The notes below the pieces were generated by a model, which worked only from the letters and a program-made list of their open reading frames with translations, searched no databases and was not told where the DNA came from. Below, piece after piece: positions 22,616-32,994 of a stretch of DNA of 64,000 bases. How positions within the stretch are numbered: position 1 is the stretch's first letter; every line of letters begins with the position of its first letter. The position numbers were made by a program, and so were the translations under genes. The DNA is from a virus (taxonomy: Duplodnaviria > Caudoviricetes). The stretch is from positions 32,001 through 96,000 of the IMG/VR virus record IMGVR_UViG_2974602183_000001, one strand, 5' to 3'.

Positions 22616-25600
22616 GTGTTTACCTTTATAGCACAGGTAGAGAACGAAACCGCTCCAGAAGCTTCATCCTACGGATGGGGTCAAAATCGTAAAAAGTACC
22701 TGACCAAGGTATGGCACTCCCCTACAAAAACAACAGATATTTATTTAGCAAAGCATTTTGATGTCGTGGAAGAAGTAACTCCTGCAAGTATGGAGGAGTT
22801 ACGCACACTTGTACTAAAGTACTCCCAAGACCCTAATGTTTGTATGCTACAGCATGCTCTAGCGGAAGGAGCACCACGAAAAAACATTCGCCGTAACAAG
22901 GAAACTTTCAGTGTAGTACCAAAGAGCAAATTCATGGTATTCGATATTGATAGTTTTCCTAGGCCAGAGCACATAGACCCTCTAGATATCCACCAACAGG
23001 CAAAGTATGTCCTAGAACTACTGTCAGAACGGTTCCCTGTATACTTCGATAAGAAGTGTGGATACATTGCTAGGGGCTCTAGTTCCGCAGGTATTAAGAC
23101 AGACACCATCCGAATGCACTTGTACTTGGAGAACACGGTTCCTGTAAATACAAAGCAGCTAGACACTATAGCTGACGAGGTAAACGAAGTCTTTAACGAA
23201 GAATTCAAATGCGACTTATTCGATGACTCTCTTTACACTCGTGCCCACATACTGTACACGGCAGACCCTATATTTGAGGGTTGCATGGAAGACCCTTTTG
23301 GTGTGATGCCACGAACAGTATTCTACAAATCAAGAGTTACGGCATCAATACCACCAACTACTGAGGAGAAGGAGCGTGTGAAAACAGCAACACTAACCGA
23401 AGAAGACCTAGAGAGCATTAAAAGGTTCCAAGGCACAGACATAATTACACCTCCAGTCCGTCGAGTGCTAGACGACATCGAGGAAAACCCTGATAACGTC
23501 TATACCAAAAAAGCACCTCGACTATTCTTCTTGGCAATGGAGGATGGTATAGGATTCGAGCCGCTAAAAGAAGCATTTACTATTGCTATGCAAGACCACC
23601 CTAAGATTGTCTCAGGGGAGAGAAGCATCGACGACTACTTAAAAGCGGCCATGGAATTCTGTTTCCAAACAATCAAATCTCGCGCCATACGCACCATTCC
23701 AGATAAGATAGACATTCGAATCAAACCATATGAGGAAATCCCTCCGGAGGTTCGAAAAGACATCTTAACTGATTGGCCAGTAGAGAAACTGTATCCTGAC
23801 GGTGCAGGAACGGATAACGGCTACCTGTACATCCCAGACATGCCCCCGGTGGGCAAACTTACGTTCTGGAAGGCATCCCTCGGAACTGGTAAGACTACGG
23901 CACTTCAACGTCTAGTTTTAGGTGACGAGATTTTAGGCATCAAGCCAAAGTTTCATGGGCGTATGTTAGCAGTAACTAACACCGTATCTCTAGTAGATGG
24001 CAACGCCGCCAAGTTGGGTGCCCCAACTGATAAGGCGTACTTAGACCCTGCTCACCGAGATTCTTTCCGCCAGAACCCTAATGGACGTATGTCTACTACA
24101 ATCCACTCTTTGTGGAGATTTAAGGAAATGGCTGAGGAAGGTGCGATAGACTTTGTATTCATTGATGAATGCGATGCTGTAATGGATACTTTGCTTAACG
24201 CATCAGCGGTTATTATGAAAGAAAGGGCTAAGTGTATTGACGCTCTTAGTACTATTCTTCGCAGAGCTAAGTATGTGGTTCTAGCAGATGGTGACATTAG
24301 TGAAGAAACCATGTTCTCATACTTTGCACTCTCGGATAAGGAAGTAGCAGCAGTTGATTACAAATTTAACAAGCTAGAAGGCAGCAAAGCTTACGAGTGT
24401 AAGAAAGAAGAAACCGTATGGTTATCAGGAGTTCACGCAAACCTAGACGAAGGCTTGAAAGTTCTAGTGGTATCAGACCTAGGGCCGAAGGCAATCAATG
24501 AAAGAGTTCGTGGACTAGAAATGTTACATCCTGGCCACGTAATCAAGGGTGTGCATTCAGAGTCTACAAAAGACGAAGATATACGAGATATTCTAGAGAA
24601 CACAAACGCTGCGTTAGCTCAGTACAACGTTGATTGTTTAGTGTGTTCTCCATCCGTCGTATCGGGAGTAGACTTCCATTACTTTGATGTTGTAGCTATG
24701 ATTACTAACACAAAGATTGCACCGCCTAACCTAAGATTCCAGGCCTTGCGACGTTGTCGCAAACCTAATAAAGAGTACTGGATTTACACAGACCCAGATA
24801 CTTCTAACTTCTCTACAGGGTACTTCCGTGCGGGGAACACGTACCCAAGTCTGGAAGACTTAATGCGTGAAAAATTCGCACTTCGTAAAAATGCAGAGTT
24901 CTCTGGATTTAAGTCAAACCTACGATTCATGCTAATGGACCAAGGGTGTGAAGTAGTTGTGGATGACTTGTTTGAGGCAGGGCCAGGGGAGACTCTAGAG
25001 ACCACTGTTAAGGACATGTGTGGAGAAGGTGCGAAAGCTGCGGAGCGTGAAGCGATGATTTACGCTATCTTAATGTCTAGAGAAGACCACTTCCCAAGAC
25101 GCTATAACAATGCTTTCGAAGTAAAACAACAAATCGCACACTATTACGAGCTTCCTAGTGTTGATGCTATCTCGTACGACCACGTAGACATGTATATTGA
25201 CCAAGATATTCATACCAAGATGGCTAACTTAGCTGAAGTAGTACGTGGGGGTCTGTACGGTCTGATGAAGGTCAACGCAAGCACATTGGAACGTTTTACT
25301 AAGTTCCTCCGTGTTCACGCTATTCAATGGTATAATGCCACAGGCGAGAACGCCTTCACAGGTTACGGAAGAAAAATGAACATGCGTAACGCTAAATATC
25401 AGGCTAGCCGCATAGGGTTAGTTATTGATATAGAAGACAAAGGCGTGGAGCCTAATTGGGAGCAGTTGCATGACTGGGCTCGTAAGTACTACGAGTATGA
25501 AGAGTTAGCAATCCCTAAAGAGTTCTTGACCGCAGAAGAGAAAGCTAAACTAGCGGAAGCAGCTAGTGATTTGAATCATAAACTACAGCGAGAGGAAGAA

Positions 25601-25654
25601 GCTAGCGATGACTACGGAAGCCTAAGCTGGGTAAACGTTAAGGGGTTCTCATGA
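22616..25654 (+). CDS. obp: replication origin-binding protein (AEP-like N-domain + SF2/UL9-like helicase)
   Basis: VFDID, SSSAG..RMHLYL; ASLGTGKTT, FIDECD, QALRRCR; T5 synteny. Confidence 0.85.
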   Translation: MFTFIAQVENETAPEASSYGWGQNRKKYLTKVWHSPTKTTDIYLAKHFDVVEEVTPASMEELRTLVLKYSQDPNVCMLQHALAEGAPRKNIRRNKETFSVVPKSKFMVFDIDSFPRPEHIDPLDIHQQAKYVLELLSERFPVYFDKKCGYIARGSSSAGIKTDTIRMHLYLENTVPVNTKQLDTIADEVNEVFNEEFKCDLFDDSLYTRAHILYTADPIFEGCMEDPFGVMPRTVFYKSRVTASIPPTTEEKERVKTATLTEEDLESIKRFQGTDIITPPVRRVLDDIEENPDNVYTKKAPRLFFLAMEDGIGFEPLKEAFTIAMQDHPKIVSGERSIDDYLKAAMEFCFQTIKSRAIRTIPDKIDIRIKPYEEIPPEVRKDILTDWPVEKLYPDGAGTDNGYLYIPDMPPVGKLTFWKASLGTGKTTALQRLVLGDEILGIKPKFHGRMLAVTNTVSLVDGNAAKLGAPTDKAYLDPAHRDSFRQNPNGRMSTTIHSLWRFKEMAEEGAIDFVFIDECDAVMDTLLNASAVIMKERAKCIDALSTILRRAKYVVLADGDISEETMFSYFALSDKEVAAVDYKFNKLEGSKAYECKKEETVWLSGVHANLDEGLKVLVVSDLGPKAINERVRGLEMLHPGHVIKGVHSESTKDEDIRDILENTNAALAQYNVDCLVCSPSVVSGVDFHYFDVVAMITNTKIAPPNLRFQALRRCRKPNKEYWIYTDPDTSNFSTGYFRAGNTYPSLEDLMREKFALRKNAEFSGFKSNLRFMLMDQGCEVVVDDLFEAGPGETLETTVKDMCGEGAKAAEREAMIYAILMSREDHFPRRYNNAFEVKQQIAHYYELPSVDAISYDHVDMYIDQDIHTKMANLAEVVRGGLYGLMKVNASTLERFTKFLRVHAIQWYNATGENAFTGYGRKMNMRNAKYQASRIGLVIDIEDKGVEPNWEQLHDWARKYYEYEELAIPKEFLTAEEKAKLAEAASDLNHKLQREEEASDDYGSLSWVNVKGFS

Positions 25655-25953
25655 TATCTAGAAAGATAAGAAGACGCATAGACGAAAATAGGAATCTAGA
25701 AAAGTCTAGGCAGGTAGAAGCTGCTAAGCGGGCGTATAGGGAGATAGTGCTAGCTCTAGGCGAAGAAAAGGTAAAGTTCTTAGTTGGCAGGTACACTATG
25801 TATAGTGAGTCGGATATTAAATATGTCCGACAAATTTTAAGATACTTAGGGGTGTCCGCAAAAGTTTACGTGGTTCCTATAGAAGGAAGGCTAATGGACT
25901 GTAGAAACGTGATAACAAGTACAGGCTTTTCCATAACGGTACAGTATGGCTAA
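25651..25953 (+). CDS. hypothetical protein
   Basis: ATGA overlap with obp. Confidence 0.7.
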   Translation: MISRKIRRRIDENRNLEKSRQVEAAKRAYREIVLALGEEKVKFLVGRYTMYSESDIKYVRQILRYLGVSAKVYVVPIEGRLMDCRNVITSTGFSITVQYG

Positions 25954-26194
25954 GGAATTCACGAGTATAACTATGGGCAAGGAACGCCCTAAAAAGAAAA
26001 AGAAGTATAAAAGATTTCAGCCCCAAGGGTGTCGTGTATTCCCCTTATCTATAGCACTTTTAGGGGCGGATATCATACTTCAATTCCCAATCGTATACCG
26101 GATACAAAAGAACGAAGACTTATCCGCCCTCTTACTTAAACGTAAACGTCTAATAACGGAGTTAAGAAAAGAAAATCTTCAATTGCCGAAATAG
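25946..26194 (+). CDS. basic hypothetical protein
   Basis: overlapping operon ORF. Confidence 0.6.
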   Translation: MAKEFTSITMGKERPKKKKKYKRFQPQGCRVFPLSIALLGADIILQFPIVYRIQKNEDLSALLLKRKRLITELRKENLQLPK

Positions 26195-26237
26195 CCAATT
26201 TATCTTATAATATTTGTATAAATTAATTGGAGAGCTT

Positions 26238-26501
26238 ATGAAGATTCATAGATTAAGAGCCAAGCACAACAAGAGAAAGGAAAAAGTAGCCAAGTCGATT
26301 ATTAGAGACGTAAAGGCTGATTTCTCTTTTTGTAAATACAATTATATAAGAGGACGTAACGTACTCCTCGATGGGTATAATTCAACTATGTTGGCCACAC
26401 GGCTACCTCTGTTATTGAAAGCCCTAAGGTACATTGACATACCCGTAACCTTACACTGGTACGGAGTTAACATGGTAGAACTAGAACTAGGAGACGACTA
26501 A
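26238..26501 (+). CDS. hypothetical protein
   Basis: GGAG SD, ATG 26238, after promoter 26183-26211 (TTGCCG-17-TATAAT). Confidence 0.7.
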   Translation: MKIHRLRAKHNKRKEKVAKSIIRDVKADFSFCKYNYIRGRNVLLDGYNSTMLATRLPLLLKALRYIDIPVTLHWYGVNMVELELGDD

Positions 26502-27205
26502 TGGCTCGTAAAAATTCAAAATCAGCAGCAGACGTAACAGAAGACCAATTTGAAATGGCTCTTGCTGAGCGTGAACAGGGTGCCACTAAGAAACGTCAAT
26601 GTGAAATCCTAGGTATTAACTACAATACCAAACGCCTAGACGAAATGCTAGATAACTATTTAGCAGAGAAAGAACATCGCAAAGAAATGATGCGCAAGAA
26701 CCGTACTAAGCCTCTTTCTCCACAGGAAGAAATTAACATGGCTGAAGCGTATCTTACTGGTGATGCTATTGAAGAAATTGCCAAGCGATACTACCGCTCC
26801 CCAGCCTTAGTGCGTCGTCGCCTAGAGCTTATGGGTCTTTTAGACTTTAAGCTTAGAGAGTCAGCAGACCCTCTAAACCCTGCTATGGTTCCAGAGGAAG
26901 CCATGTCAGAGCGTTTCGCTATTGGGCAAAAAGTATGGGTTCCAGGGTACAAATGTCTAGGTGAAGTTATGGCGGAACATAAGCCTAATGCCGACGGTAT
27001 CTATGCTTATCGAGTGTACCTGCTAGCATCAAATAAACATCGTAACGTAAACTTTTACGCATACGATTTAGGCAGCTTAAAATACCTAGAAGAAAAAGGT
27101 ATCAACCCTAACGTTCTCCAAGACAATATGTCTAGAGAGGACATTGTGTATACTCTAAATGCGGCGTTGCTGGCTGCACGTAAGAACGCTAACAAAGGAA
27201 AGTGA
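26501..27205 (+). CDS. D2: T5 D2-like DNA-binding protein
   Basis: GATKKRQCEILGINYNTKRL and IEEIAKRYYRSPALV HTH segments; T5 synteny. Confidence 0.8.
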   Translation: MARKNSKSAADVTEDQFEMALAEREQGATKKRQCEILGINYNTKRLDEMLDNYLAEKEHRKEMMRKNRTKPLSPQEEINMAEAYLTGDAIEEIAKRYYRSPALVRRRLELMGLLDFKLRESADPLNPAMVPEEAMSERFAIGQKVWVPGYKCLGEVMAEHKPNADGIYAYRVYLLASNKHRNVNFYAYDLGSLKYLEEKGINPNVLQDNMSREDIVYTLNAALLAARKNANKGK

Positions 27206-27335
27206 GGCCTACCTGGCTCCTCACTTTCACATAGCGTAACTCCCAATAACAAAAACTTTCAGTTGCTTAGTGGCTGAAAGTTACGTATAATATATCTATA
27301 AATTCGACAAACGACAACCAAAGGAAGTAATATTT

Positions 27336-27746
27336 ATGACCAAACCTATCTCTTGGACAGATGAGCTTAAAGCAGAAGTAGAATCTCTATACAAAGCAAA
27401 AATGGGTGAACTAGCGGAAGCTAACCCAGAAGCGGAAGAAGGTACTTTCTCTAACGAAGCACTTACTTACGCAGCAGCTGAGATTGGTACATCTGTAGCA
27501 TCAGCTCGTGCACAGCTAACTAAACTAGGTGTGTATGTTAAGCAAATTAACAAAGCTAAGAAAACATCTAATGCGTCAGAAGGTGGTTCTAAGCGTGTGG
27601 GCAAAGCAGAAGCCCAAGGCGAGCTACTCGCAGCCTTTAAAGATGGTGGAGTCACTGACCTAGATGACGACATTATCTCAAAACTAACCGGTAAAGCAGC
27701 ATCACACCTAGCTGCAAAAATCCGCGAACTTCAGTCACAAGCATAA
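27336..27746 (+). CDS. D3: T5 D3-like DNA-binding protein
   Basis: WTDELK, LTKLGVYVK, IISKLTGKAA; promoter 27263-27291. Confidence 0.8.
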   Translation: MTKPISWTDELKAEVESLYKAKMGELAEANPEAEEGTFSNEALTYAAAEIGTSVASARAQLTKLGVYVKQINKAKKTSNASEGGSKRVGKAEAQGELLAAFKDGGVTDLDDDIISKLTGKAASHLAAKIRELQSQA

Positions 27747-27758
27747 GGAGAGTAGTAT

Positions 27759-28085
27759 ATGCGAATGACCCGCTTCCTAGAGTTATCCCAAAAATTCGAT
27801 ACTTTCTATGCTCAATATAAGTATAAGAAAGCTGGTACTCCCAACAAGTCTTTCATCGTGGCTACGACTAACTTCGATACGCCGTACCTGAAAGCAGAGC
27901 TAGAGAAAGCTCCTGAGCATGTACAAAAGCAGGTGGCAAACCCTAAAGATGGTTACGTGGCTCTGTTCTGTTACACAACTAACAAGTTCCGTACAATGCC
28001 TGTGGACGTGTTTACTCATCTTTCCATGCTGAGTTATGAGTTAGACAAACAAGAACGTGATTCACGACGATTTACAAGGGCATGA
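27759..28085 (+). CDS. conserved T5-like hypothetical protein
   Basis: VATTNFDTPYL, LFCYTTNKFR; AAGGAG SD. Confidence 0.75.
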   Translation: MRMTRFLELSQKFDTFYAQYKYKKAGTPNKSFIVATTNFDTPYLKAELEKAPEHVQKQVANPKDGYVALFCYTTNKFRTMPVDVFTHLSMLSYELDKQERDSRRFTRA

Positions 28086-28368
28086 AGATAAGCTGGATGC
28101 AGTCATCTACCAAGATGAAGAATTAGGCATCCAGTTACGCTTCACTGTTTCTGAATTCATGGGTAGGCACTACCTAGGCATTAGGGAGTACTACCTAGAC
28201 TTTGAAGGGGAGTGGCTTCCTACACGGAATGGACTAAGCTTCCCTTATAACCTAGATTCAGTAACTAGACTATACTCAGCTTTTGCCTCTATCATGGCTC
28301 AAGCTGAGGTATCTCAAGAAGTAATAGAAAATCACCATAAACATACTACCCAAGACGAGGACAAGTAA
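28057..28368 (+). CDS. PC4/p15-like ssDNA-binding protein
   Basis: VSEFMGRHYLGIREYYLDFEGEWLPTRNG PC4 signature. Confidence 0.85.
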   Translation: MIHDDLQGHEDKLDAVIYQDEELGIQLRFTVSEFMGRHYLGIREYYLDFEGEWLPTRNGLSFPYNLDSVTRLYSAFASIMAQAEVSQEVIENHHKHTTQDEDK

Positions 28369-29318
28369 TGCAAGAGTATATCCGTTACCTACAAAAGTGC
28401 TACTACGAAGGCAACCCAGTAATCTCTAATGAGGAGTACGATGCACTAGTCTCTCGCTTTGGAGAGGATGGATTGGGTGTGGGCGGCGAATTCAAGCATA
28501 TGTATCGTATGTACTCACTAGACAAGGTGTATCCTGGTCGAGGTGAGGAATTACCACTACCTGTAGAAAAATGCATAGAAACTCCGAAATTGGACGGATG
28601 TGCAATTTCTTTGTTTTACATTGGTAATAAGCTAGTTCAAGGTAACACTCGTGGCGACGGAATAACATCCCCAACCACTTTTGAGCCGTGGAAGCTGGCG
28701 TTGCTTGTACCAGGTGAACTATCTAGTAGCTCTCCTATCCAAATTACTGGTGAGGTAGTTACTACCAATCCTGTAAAAAACATGCGTAACTACGCGTCTG
28801 GAGCTATGCAGCTAAAAGACGAAAAAGAGTTTCGAGAGCGTGTTTTAGAAGGCGGGCTTATCTTCGTAGCTTATGGGATTCAGGAAGCGGAAGACCACGC
28901 AGGTATTTTCCCTCACTATGAGCAGGATATGGCCTGGCTATCTGGTGAAGGTTTCTGTACGGTAGTTGACTCAGACTGGGAAGACTGCCCGCAAGACGGG
29001 CGAGTGTTCCGCCTCTCTAGCAACAGAGATTTCTTCGATGCTGGATTTACCCACAAACATCCTAAAGGTGCATTCGCCGTAAAAGAAGACGAAGAAGGTA
29101 TCTGGACTAAGTTAGTAGACCTAACATGGCAGACTGGTAAGTCTGGTAAAGTGACTCCAGTAGCAATCTTTGAGCCAATCTTTATCGACGATGCAGAAAT
29201 CACCCGAGCAACATTAAACAATGCTGGTTATGTGGAAAACCTAGGAGTCTACGAAGGCTGCGAGGTTTGTGTTATCCGCTCAGGCGGCATTATCCCTAAG
29301 ATTATAGACGTAAGGTAA
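28368..29318 (+). CDS. ligA: NAD-dependent DNA ligase, N-terminal subunit A
   Basis: YY.GNP.ISNEEYD, KLDG, TRGDG, RNYASG, RATLNN. Confidence 0.95.
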   Translation: MQEYIRYLQKCYYEGNPVISNEEYDALVSRFGEDGLGVGGEFKHMYRMYSLDKVYPGRGEELPLPVEKCIETPKLDGCAISLFYIGNKLVQGNTRGDGITSPTTFEPWKLALLVPGELSSSSPIQITGEVVTTNPVKNMRNYASGAMQLKDEKEFRERVLEGGLIFVAYGIQEAEDHAGIFPHYEQDMAWLSGEGFCTVVDSDWEDCPQDGRVFRLSSNRDFFDAGFTHKHPKGAFAVKEDEEGIWTKLVDLTWQTGKSGKVTPVAIFEPIFIDDAEITRATLNNAGYVENLGVYEGCEVCVIRSGGIIPKIIDVR

Positions 29319-29319
29319 T

Positions 29320-29538
29320 ATGAAAAGTAACAAACTAAGAGCTGCGGAATTACAAGTAGAGCGTAACGAGTTATTTATAAAGCTCCATCGGCTGGAGGCA
29401 TTCTTGGACTCTGTCGCAGGACATGAAGTAACAAAAGAACTAGCCGACCAGCTAGAACTACTAGTACAGCAAAGACTAGTAATGATGGAGTATGTAAGTA
29501 TACTCGATGACCGAATAGCACTCCTACAAGGAACTTAA
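29320..29538 (+). CDS. small helical protein (crAss001_48-like pattern)
   Basis: E..EL..KL..L.AFL...LL.QQ..VM.EY..IL..RI. Confidence 0.65.
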   Translation: MKSNKLRAAELQVERNELFIKLHRLEAFLDSVAGHEVTKELADQLELLVQQRLVMMEYVSILDDRIALLQGT

Positions 29539-29850
29539 ATGAAGAACTACGACCTATCAGAGTTAATAAAAACCACAGAAGCCGACCGACTGACTCTCAT
29601 CATTGCGTTAGGTGGTGACGGCGCGGAGGCGGATGCAACCTTGCAAATGGTAGCAAAAATCACCACGTTCTCTTTAGCAGAGAAGCCGTTGTCTGAAAAT
29701 GATGTGTTAGAACTAACTAAGGCACTGACCACATATAAAAACAAAGTGACCACATCCTTAGATACGCTACTGGCTATCATTAATAACGCTCCAGTTGTGG
29801 AATTGACGGAAGAATCAACTATTCAGTCAGCTCCTAAAAAGTACCATTGA
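29539..29850 (+). CDS. hypothetical protein
   Basis: AAGGA SD, abuts previous ORF. Confidence 0.7.
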   Translation: MKNYDLSELIKTTEADRLTLIIALGGDGAEADATLQMVAKITTFSLAEKPLSENDVLELTKALTTYKNKVTTSLDTLLAIINNAPVVELTEESTIQSAPKKYH

Positions 29851-30001
29851 CGCGAATGAATCCTTAGCATATAATATATCTCATGCTTTGGGACACAAGC
29901 GAATTGATTAAAGAGGTCTGGGCATAAAGAGGAAAACTTTTATTTGCCCTCTCAGTATCATTTTGATATAATGAGTATACAAAATAGATAGAAGGACAGA
30001 T

Positions 30002-30751
30002 ATGAACATCCCTACTAATTGCCCAAGCTGCGACTCTCTACTCGAAAGAGTCAAAGACCAACTCTTTTGTCGTAACTCTTCTTGCCCAGCTCAGACAGCA
30101 AAAATTGTTGAAAGCTTTTGTAAGAAGATGAAGATTAAAGGCTTCGGACCGAAGACCATTGAAAAATTAGGTGTTGAGTCCCTATCTGAACTGTATTCCT
30201 TGTCGGAAGACTACCTAACAGAGAAATTAGGAGAGAAGACAGCTACTAAGTTACACGCCGAGATTGCGAACAAACGAGTAGTGGAATTCGGACAGTTTCT
30301 CGGTGCACTAGGAATCCCTTTGATTGGTACCGTAGCTGCTAACAAGCTAGGTATTAAGGCAAACTCTTGGGAAGACGTCACTGAAGCCTCCTGTGCGGAG
30401 GCAGGCTTAGGAGAGAAAGCCACTAAAAACTTATTAGACTGGATGGTTTCACCCCAAGGTGAGGATGTCCGTCAAATCCCTATTACGTTTACCGTAACAG
30501 AACAGTCAACTACAGCGTCCACCTCTGTGGAAGCCAAAGGAGACGTAGTAATTACTGGTAAACTTAACGACTTTAAGAACCGCACAGAAGCTGCTAAGTT
30601 CTTAGAACAACATGGATACTCCGTAAAGAGCGGAGTAACGAAAAAGACTATAGCCCTAATCGTCGAAGATGGTTCTACATCTTCAAAAACAAACAAAGCT
30701 AACGATTTAGGCATCCCAATTCTAACTATCAAAGAGCTTTTAGGCTCTTAA
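30002..30751 (+). CDS. ligB: NAD-dependent DNA ligase, C-terminal subunit B (Zn finger, HhH, BRCT)
   Basis: PTNCPSC...CRNSSCPAQ, IKGFG, LGIPLIG, VVITG..SK..KA..LG; promoters 29847-29875 and 29944-29972. Confidence 0.93.
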   Translation: MNIPTNCPSCDSLLERVKDQLFCRNSSCPAQTAKIVESFCKKMKIKGFGPKTIEKLGVESLSELYSLSEDYLTEKLGEKTATKLHAEIANKRVVEFGQFLGALGIPLIGTVAANKLGIKANSWEDVTEASCAEAGLGEKATKNLLDWMVSPQGEDVRQIPITFTVTEQSTTASTSVEAKGDVVITGKLNDFKNRTEAAKFLEQHGYSVKSGVTKKTIALIVEDGSTSSKTNKANDLGIPILTIKELLGS

Positions 30752-30778
30752 CCCGAAAATTTTTGGAGAAAATCACAC

Positions 30779-31516
30779 ATGGCAAAATTCACTTGGACTG
30801 AAGACAACGTAAAAGCACTAGAAGCAGCAGTAGCTGGCGTAGATGAAGTGTCTCAAGACCAACTTAAAGAAATCGCGGAACAGCTAGGTACTTCAGCTCG
30901 TTCAGTAGGTTCTAAACTTCGTAAAATGGAATATTCTGTGCAGCTAGCAACAGAAGCTGGTAAGCCAAAATGGACAGAAGACGAAGAAGCAGTACTTGTA
31001 GACTTCCTAAACGCTAATGCAGGTAATCTAACTTACTCTGAAATCGCAGCAGCAGTTCTAGATGGTAAGTTCTCTACTAAGCAGGTTCAAGGTAAGATTC
31101 TTTCTCTACAGCTAACAGAGCACGTTAAGCCTACTGAAAAAGCGGCTCCGGTACGCTCTTACTCTGTAGACGAAGAAGCTAAGATTGTTGACTTAGTTTC
31201 AGGTGGTGCTTCTATGGAAGCTGTTGCTGAAGCAATGGGTCGACCACTTAACAGCGTTCGCGGTAAGTGTCTAAGCCTACAAAAAGAAGGTCGCATTAGC
31301 GAAATGCCTAAGCAAGAAACTTCTAGCGCAAAAGCTAAAGAAGACATTCTTGAAGGTCTAGATGTTGCTAATATGACTGTAGCGGAAATTGCAGCAGCAG
31401 TTGACCGTACAGAGCGTGGTATTAAAGCTACACTAACTCGCCGTGGTATCAGCTGTGCAGACCACGATGGTGCAAAACGCGCTGCTAAAATTGCATCTCA
31501 AAAGTCAGCTGAGTAA
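30779..31516 (+). CDS. D5: T5 D5-like multi-HTH DNA-binding protein
   Basis: repeated W/Y-T/S-xDE ... R/K-S/Q-V.GK HTH units. Confidence 0.88.
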   Translation: MAKFTWTEDNVKALEAAVAGVDEVSQDQLKEIAEQLGTSARSVGSKLRKMEYSVQLATEAGKPKWTEDEEAVLVDFLNANAGNLTYSEIAAAVLDGKFSTKQVQGKILSLQLTEHVKPTEKAAPVRSYSVDEEAKIVDLVSGGASMEAVAEAMGRPLNSVRGKCLSLQKEGRISEMPKQETSSAKAKEDILEGLDVANMTVAEIAAAVDRTERGIKATLTRRGISCADHDGAKRAAKIASQKSAE

Positions 31517-31537
31517 TAAAATCTAATTTCTAAGTCG

Positions 31538-31572
31538 AAGGGGTGGGGCGTGAGCCTCGCCCCTTTTCTTTT
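31538..31572 (+). terminator. intrinsic terminator
   Basis: AAGGGGTGGGGC-GTGA-GCCTCGCCCCTT-TTCTTTT. Confidence 0.8.
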
Positions 31573-31585
31573 ATGAGGACACTGA

Positions 31586-32950
31586 ATGAGTATAAATACT
31601 CAAGCAATAGTGCTAAAGCTGTTATTAAGTTCCTCATCAGAATCTGACCTAGTATTAGAGTTTGATGCAGCAAAAAGCGAGTATTTCTCAGACTCTTATC
31701 GTAAAATTCGCCATCTAATAGCGCAGTTCTACGAAAAATACAATAAGCTTCCAAACCTTACGGAGCTACGGTTAGCCAATAACCGCTCCGGTAGCGTGCT
31801 TGCAACTTTAGATGCGTTAGCGAATACAGAACTGCCTGATGAGGTGGAACTGTCCCTAGCTATAGAAGCACTAGAGAGTGAGTACGCACAACAACTATCA
31901 CTAACAACGATACAGAATCTACTACTTAAAGACATTACTCTATTAAACGCTCAAGAAATTACTGAAAGGCTCGCGGAAATCCAAACTCACGTTTCGGACT
32001 CGCTAGACGCTAGTGATAAGGTATTTACTGGTAATAAACTATCTGCTTTCCAATCCACTGAGGATTCAGAGGCGGAAACGGTGCTTACTAGCATAAGCCC
32101 TAGATGGGACTTTGAATACGGTGGTTTACGTAGAGAAGATTTACTATTGCTCGGAGGTAAACGAGGTTCTGGTAAGTCAGTAATGTCAATGAACTTTGCA
32201 GCAAATCAGTACAGGGATGGTAAGATATGTCCGTACTTCACTATTGAGATGCGAGCAGGGGAGACGTTCCAAAGATTCATGGCTAATCTGTCAGGTGCAG
32301 ACGCTATGGATTTACGTAATAATGAAACTTCTGGCACTGATATATTTAAACTTCTAGTTACTCGCGCAGCGATGTTCGAGGACAGCTATGAGGTACTATC
32401 TGGGTTTCTAGAGGAAATGGAAGAGCCGTGTGAGAAAGGTTCTGACCTAGTAGGGTTCGAAGCATCGCTAAGAAATCTACCAGAAGTCACCCCCTTCATT
32501 ATAGTAGACGATTCCCAACTTAGGCTCGCCTCCGTGGATGCACACTTGGGCGCTATAGTGTCTAAGTATGGGGAGCAGGTTACGGCCTGTGTTGTTGACT
32601 ATGTTAACCAAGTTATCGTGGAAGACCAGTCGTCTATGTATGATTGGAAAGACCAGTTAGTAGTGGCAAAAGGTTTGAAGAACCTTGCTCGTAAACATGA
32701 GGTAGCAATGATATCTCCTTACCAAATCAATAATGATGGTGAAGCAAGACTTTCCCAAGCTATCCTAGACCCCGCAGATTACGCTATGGTTATTCACGCG
32801 TATGAAGAAGCGGATATAGTCGTATTGGAAGCCACTAAGGTACGTTCTATTAGTAATGTTACTTTCGCTATGCCTATGGATTGGCAGTGCTTAAGAATAA
32901 AGAACGTAGACTTGACCAAAGAGTTGTTGGAAGATATGCTTGAAAAATAA
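31586..32950 (+). CDS. D6: replicative DnaB-like helicase (T5 D6)
   Basis: GKRGSGKS, FTIEM, VVDYVN, SPYQ. Confidence 0.9.
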   Translation: MSINTQAIVLKLLLSSSSESDLVLEFDAAKSEYFSDSYRKIRHLIAQFYEKYNKLPNLTELRLANNRSGSVLATLDALANTELPDEVELSLAIEALESEYAQQLSLTTIQNLLLKDITLLNAQEITERLAEIQTHVSDSLDASDKVFTGNKLSAFQSTEDSEAETVLTSISPRWDFEYGGLRREDLLLLGGKRGSGKSVMSMNFAANQYRDGKICPYFTIEMRAGETFQRFMANLSGADAMDLRNNETSGTDIFKLLVTRAAMFEDSYEVLSGFLEEMEEPCEKGSDLVGFEASLRNLPEVTPFIIVDDSQLRLASVDAHLGAIVSKYGEQVTACVVDYVNQVIVEDQSSMYDWKDQLVVAKGLKNLARKHEVAMISPYQINNDGEARLSQAILDPADYAMVIHAYEEADIVVLEATKVRSISNVTFAMPMDWQCLRIKNVDLTKELLEDMLEK

Positions 32951-32994
32951 CCGCGCCAAACCAGCCTTAGCGCATACTACTTAGAGGATTACGT

